Assembly (NCBI RefSeq): GCF_052425735.1
Contig: NC_135764.1
Location: forward strand, 31,744,001 to 31,808,000
Length of the DNA stretch: 64,000 nucleotides
Source of the DNA: Oculina patagonica
Taxonomy: Eukaryota
Reading direction: 5' to 3'
Shown here piece by piece: positions 58,977 to 64,000 of this stretch. Made by a program: the position numbers and the translations under genes. The notes beneath the pieces were generated by a model that saw only the letters and a list, made by a program, of their open reading frames with translations, had not been told where the DNA came from and searched no databases. The first letter of the stretch is position 1; each line of letters begins with the position of its first letter.

Positions 58977-61533
58977 AACAAACAAACAAACAAACAACAA
59001 CACCATCTAGCTAAATTAAGATTCCTAAAAAATATATATATATAAATATAAAAATCCTATCTAAAAGCGATAAAATATAATTATTAAACATTGAAATCAG
59101 TTTGTCTAATCTTTTTCAAAAAGTCCTTTGAGCCTGCCATGGAACGAATATCACGAGGTAGCATGTTCCAGTGCTTTGCTGCAGCATAACGCCACGACTT
59201 AAGACCATATCTGGTAGTGTTCACTTTAGGTATGGAAAGATTAAAATTACCGCGAAGATTGTACGCTGTTCTCTTTTCAGTTATAAGATTTTTGAAGCTG
59301 GATGATAAAAAACACTTCTTAAGTGTCCGTTTATGATTTCAAAGTGTCCGTTGTCCGTCTTAGAGAGGTGTCCGTCTTATAGGGAGTTTGGTTACAGTAA
59401 AATGACTGAAAAACGGCAGGGACCATCACCAGGTGTCCGTCTTATGGAGGTGTCCGTCTTATAGAGGTGTCCGTTAAGAGAGAGTTGACTGTAATACAAA
59501 GATACATTACTCACCAAAATTTCAGCTTCCAAAGAGTATGAAAACCCTATGAAATCCTTGCCTGAAGTAGTCGAAAAGTCGAGAACCAGCCGCCGCCATC
59601 TTGGAGTAACTTAGCAGCCTGGCGATGTATGTGTGACGTCAAAGATCTCAATTTTTGCTATCAGTCTTGGAGTTCAGTTTGTGCAAAATGATGCTGCACA
59701 GAACAGGCATTTCGAAAAACAAGCCAATACAAAATTAACAAGGAATGTCAAGTATTTAAACAACTTCCTGCCAAACGTCAGATTGAACTCTTTGACATCG
59801 CACGTACATCGCCAGGCTGCTTAGTTACTCCAAGATGGCGGCGGCCAGATCTCGATTTTCGGATTACTTCAGACAAGGATTTCATAAGGTTTGAATACTA
59901 TTTGGAAGCTGAAATTTTGGCGACAAACATATCTTGGAATTACCTTTTCGTTGGCGTGAAGAAAAGAAGTGCCATTTCGGAATGAACTTCCTCTTTAACT
60001 GTCAAATCAATTTGACTTACCGGTGTGAATCCCGATTCGTACACAAAGATCCCGATCACCGTCGGCGCCAAAACGAAAGCTCTCCATGAGCTCAACTAAA
60101 TGTAGCGCCATCAGTGCTATCTCGGTGACGTGACGGTGCTCATTTTTCTCTGGAAGACCTGATACCACCATGTAAGCGTCACCAATCGTCTCTACCTTAT
60201 AGACGTCATATTTGTCTATGTGGTTGTCAAAGATTCCATACAGTCGATTTAACATTTGTGTGACCTCCATGGGAGAAATGTTGGCGCATATTTGTGTGAA
60301 GTCTACAATATCGCTGAAGAAGACTGTCACGCTTTCAAACTGCTCTGCTGTCACGCTATGGCCGCCCTTCAACTGTTCTGCTACCGGGTAAGGCAGCATT
60401 TGATAGAGAAGAGAGTCCGCTCTTTGCTTTTCTTCCTTCAGCTCTTTCGTGGTTTGATGAAGTTTGGCCGCAAAGCGTTGAATCGTGTATATAACATAAA
60501 CAAAAAATGGCATTAGTAATACAATGAAACCAAAAATGCTGAGCTTAAGAATCCAGTCATTTTCGGTGGTGGTGACGTCATTCTCTAGTCTTTCAAGGAT
60601 CACATTTCCGGCTTCACGTTGTACGTCAAGTAATGCGTCTATGTAAGTAGTCATGAAGTGAAACCACTGTCTACCAGATTCCGCCGAGGCATTTTGTTTT
60701 TTGTTACTCAAAATGATGTTCCTTCTTTGTTCCACTTCAATTAATACCGACATATTGTGGGATTCCACAGCTTTTTTGTAAATTTCTTTAATTTCGGGCA
60801 TTAACTGCATGCTAGAGTTTAATTTCTCCCTTCCCAGCAAATTGTTCTCCGTGAACCAAAGTAGCTCTTTTAATTCACCGAATTGTCCTCGAATGAAAAA
60901 CGCACCACCAAGAGCGCGTTCAATCCCTGTCTTCTCTTTTCCAATAAGAAGCATTTGGTAACCAATAAATTCTGACAAAACGTCATGGTCGATCTGTTGA
61001 ACGTTGCGGAATAACCAGTCAAACAGGTTTGAAATAATCTCTGAGTAAAATATGATCTCGTCTCGGACTGTACTGTTGTCGACGCTATGTGAGATACGAT
61101 GACTATTGACAAGCGCCATAAAAGTTTCCAGGCTGTTAAAGTTATATCGATCCAATTCGGCCTCAGGCCACTTTTCGAGACTTCTGGCGTGCTTGTCCGT
61201 GTTATTTCCCGCTTCTAACACCTTTTGCCGTACATTGTGATCTCTGCCAGAACTCGCAAGCAAGACTCTTGTTCCGCGCTCAATTTGTAGCGTATGAATA
61301 AGACCAGCAACCTCGATGCTTAGTTTAACACTGTTTTGCAGTGTTTTCGATTTTAAGGCGCTTGCGCTCGCTTTTAGTGTGTCTAATATTGTAAGAACTG
61401 TTAAACCAGTCATGGCAATCAAACACAGGCCGGTCACCACAACCAATCGGAGCCGTCTGTGTCTTCGAGTGATCCTTGTAGGCACCGGTGTCAGTTGAGG
61501 GCTTGCATCAATTGGCTGTATTTTGCTCTTCAT
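55823..61533 (-). CDS. NIT-GC: NIT-domain (nitrate/nitrite-sensing family) membrane guanylyl cyclase, ~592 aa
   Basis: Exons 61533-60021, 57384-57286, 56980-56889 and 55897-55823 (1779 nt, in frame). TM1 [21 protein letters not shown]; NIT motifs [10 protein letters not shown] and [11 protein letters not shown]; TM2 [23 protein letters not shown]; helix [14 protein letters not shown]; cyclase [56 protein letters not shown] with the GTP-selective E and C. An acceptor 18 nt above the ATG means the N-terminus could extend upstream. Confidence 0.92.
57590..57810 (-). mobile_element. tRNA-derived SINE fragment
   Basis: AGCATGAATCGACTAGGAGT...CCTGGGTGGAAAGAGGCACTGTGAGAG...TCTTGCCCAAGAACA...GCTCGATCCAGAGTCCAGC; same family as 44165-44415. 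Confidence 0.7.
57878..58370. mobile_element. TA-flanked MITE (nested)
   Basis: TA|CCAGAAACCCATAAGGGTTGAAACGTGTAAC ... GTTACACGTTTCCACCCTTATGGGTTTCTGG|TA. Confidence 0.85.
58373..59491. mobile_element. Tc1/mariner-type MITE (nested; itself interrupted by a LINE fragment)
   Basis: TA|CAGTCAACTCTCTCTAAGACGGACACC ... GGTGTCCGTTAAGAGAGAGTTGACTG|TA. Confidence 0.85.
58775..59305 (-). mobile_element. 5'-truncated CR1-group LINE 3' end with (TATG)n tail
   Basis: Minus-strand translation [71 protein letters not shown], a typical ORF2 C-terminus; AATAAA followed by a (TATG)n tail. Confidence 0.8.
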
Positions 61534-61649
61534 CCTAGCAGCATTTATGACCTATGGGAGTAAAAAAATAGACTGTGTATTAAATAATCGAATAATTTCC
61601 TTAAAAATCGTATTTAAAATGCATTTATGACTTAGCGAAACTTGAGATT

Positions 61650-62059
61650 CAGTCGAAGCTCTCTTAACGGACACTCTCGTAAGCGGACAGCTCTACTTAC
61701 GGCCGTCTTGTTTGAAACCCCGTTTTAACTCCCATACAAACTCTGTATTTTTACATTCTCATAAGCGGACATTCTTGTTAGCGGCCGCGGACACTTTCAG
61801 AGATTACGACTTAGACTTTTTCTTTGTTTTAAGCTCCCGTAAGCGGACACCCCAAAGAAAATCCTATTAACAACCTCTGAATCTTGTGTTCATTAATCAA
61901 CTTCACATCGCCGATGATTTTAAAGTAATTACAGTGCCATATTTCAGTGCTTGTTTTGGCGTCATCCACGTCCGTCCGGTTATTGTTAGCATGGCAAGCT
62001 CCCTTAAGCGGCCATTTATCCCCTACAACTCTAGTGGCCGCTTACGAGAGCTTCGACTG
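61650..62059. mobile_element. Tc1/mariner-type MITE, inverted and shortened relative of 11261-11754
   Basis: CAGTCGAAGCTCTCTTAACGGACAC ... CTTACGAGAGCTTCGACTG|TA; body is the reverse complement of 11261-11754. Confidence 0.85.
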
Positions 62060-64000
62060 TATTGGGCAAAAAATTTAAATGACCATATTAGAGAGTGGTG
62101 TCTTTGCTAGGAAGGAATTACATTTTCCCGCAGATTTAGAAAGGGATGACTTTCTGGGCAAAATTACAGACAATTGTTTGAAAAATAAAAACACGTTTGC
62201 TCACCTTCTAACGATATTTTCTTCTCTCAGACTGAAAATCATGCATTAACATTTTTCATATAATTTTTTTTTTAAAATTAAAGTTTTACGGTAATAATTT
62301 GACATCGGTCGTGTTCGCGTCCTTTCTTCCCCCAAAATAGCGGCATCTGATGTCTGGCGATGATGTAGTGAGTATGTGTGATTGCTTGCGGAACGAACCG
62401 TATAAAATGACCAAAGTGTTTAAAATAGTCGGCTAAAAAACTAAACCACTCTTTACCTAAGCCGATAAGGAGCGTGCCGACTGCTTTGTTAATACCAGGA
62501 GCATTTTTGTCTCTCTGGCATAGAAAAGTTCGTCCTTAATTCTGATTGGTCAAGACTTGAATAAGAAAATATTGGCTCGATTTTGAGATTAATTTGGTAA
62601 TATATATCAATGCATATAAAACAAAGAAAAATACCAGATTGTACCAAAGGTAAATGAAACCACAACTGTACCATTTTCACATGCATTATCATTACTAATG
62701 GACTTGAAACTGACGTATTTTGAATGGTTAATTCCTGAAACCAAATTTCAGTGTTTTAGTCGACGTTGCAAAGAGTTGTTCTTGTTAATTGTGTCGATAA
62801 CGGCTTAAAAGCTTTACACTCATCGAAGAAATTCATGTCGGCCACATTAAAAAGGCACGATTTCACGAAAAATTTTCCATGGAGTTACGAGATAAACAAG
62901 TAATCGCAATACAGTCCTTGTACAATGCAGGATTAATTTCACCAGCGTAATTTTTTAAGTTACGGAAATTACGGTAATTTTATAGATGCAGTTTTCAAAG
63001 TTTTTACATTAGGTTCCGGTCGGACAATTTCATATAAGAAATCTAGTTGTGCAACTCATTTACGCGCGATTTTTTTTTAGTGAAAGTGCTCAAAGTTTGT
63101 GTTTTACCTGCAAATAATCAACAGTCATGGCGACCTTTATTTCACTGAACGAAATTCAAAGTAAGGAGCAACCATTATCCAAGAAGAAATGTTCAGTTTT
63201 TTTTTTTATAGTTAATTTGCATATTGATTTACACCTGTTCAATTATGAGACTGATACAGCAAAAATGAAAAGCTCAAGGATGAAATAAAGCGCTGCTCAC
63301 ATCTTAAGGATCGATACATCTTTTACGTAACTCTTTATTCTTCACTAGCCAAGTGAATTGAAAATTCACACTATTATTTGCCAGAAGTCGGCCAAAGCTT
63401 TTAGCTGATGAACCGATAAGCATTCATGCTCATCGACATACGAAAGCTTAATACGCTATACGCGATAAAGCTATACGTTGCAATTAAAAAAAAAGAAGAA
63501 ATAAATATGCGTCATAGAAACATTTTACAATGTAAATATGCAAATCCATCAATTCTACCGTCCTGTACCTTCAAGAATAATAATAAGAGGCGAGAAATGC
63601 ACACGTTTGAATAAGACAAAACCACAGATTTTGATATTTTTTCCCCGGCGTGTCAACTGTGTGGCCTTGCGGAAAAAAAGAGCGTTGGGTTTCAAAGAAA
63701 TCACGAAAATAATGTACCAGTTCAAATTAAAAGAAAAAATTTACACGCACGTCAAATATATTGGATTTCTTTTTAGCTGAACATAATGGAAAAACGACAC
63801 ATTATGTCAAAGTGTAACGAAGTTGCTATTTTGCTTGTTTTGACACACACAAAAAAAAAATTGTGCATGTGCACCTCTCTTTCTAGTTACTTTATGTCAA
63901 CAGTAGTATGAGGGACTCACCAACTTCAAGATACAGTCTCTTAGCCAGGAGTCGACACCCAAATTTCTGCTCGGTTTTCGATCGGATGGTAAGGGTTCAA

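Larger units (their letters stand above)
57816..59994. mobile_element. Fold-back TTAA-type (Kolobok-like) element hosting nested insertions
   Basis: TTCA|AGGGGAAGTTCATTCCAGAATGGCACT ... AGTGCCATTTCGGAATGAACTTCCTCT|TTAA; arms 59510-59645 and 59790-59920 are complementary. Confidence 0.8.

Overview
Eukaryotic, AT-rich, intron-containing DNA from an anthozoan cnidarian, most likely a stony coral (minicollagens plus typical MITE, SINE and Penelope content). Six genes were reconstructed by hand from GT-AG splice sites and reading-frame continuity. (1) 1-34628 (+): 3' part of a giant transmembrane mucin built from four tandem [Ser-rich 45-46 aa repeat exon / EGF / SEA / Ca-EGF] modules, then three more EGFs, a TM helix and a cytoplasmic tail. 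(2, 3) A head-to-head pair of nematocyst minicollagens, 36110-39075 (-) and 42045-42849 (+). (4) An unrecognised 199-aa secreted Tyr/His/Pro-rich triblock protein, 45560-46864 (-). (5) A divergent K50 homeobox gene, 50231-52517 (-). (6) A two-TM NIT-domain guanylyl cyclase, 55823-61533 (-). Introns and intergenic DNA carry many MITEs, a multi-layer nested transposon cluster, SINEs, a Penelope fragment, an intact type I hammerhead ribozyme in the mucin sense strand, and an array of ~32-bp palindromes. The best candidates for something new are the Tyr/His-rich protein and a possible cnidocyte gene cluster at 36-62 kb; the cluster is inference. Several stretches show signs of sequencing or assembly error (frameshifts, garbled homopolymers). 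Exon coordinates are manual and not confirmed by transcripts.
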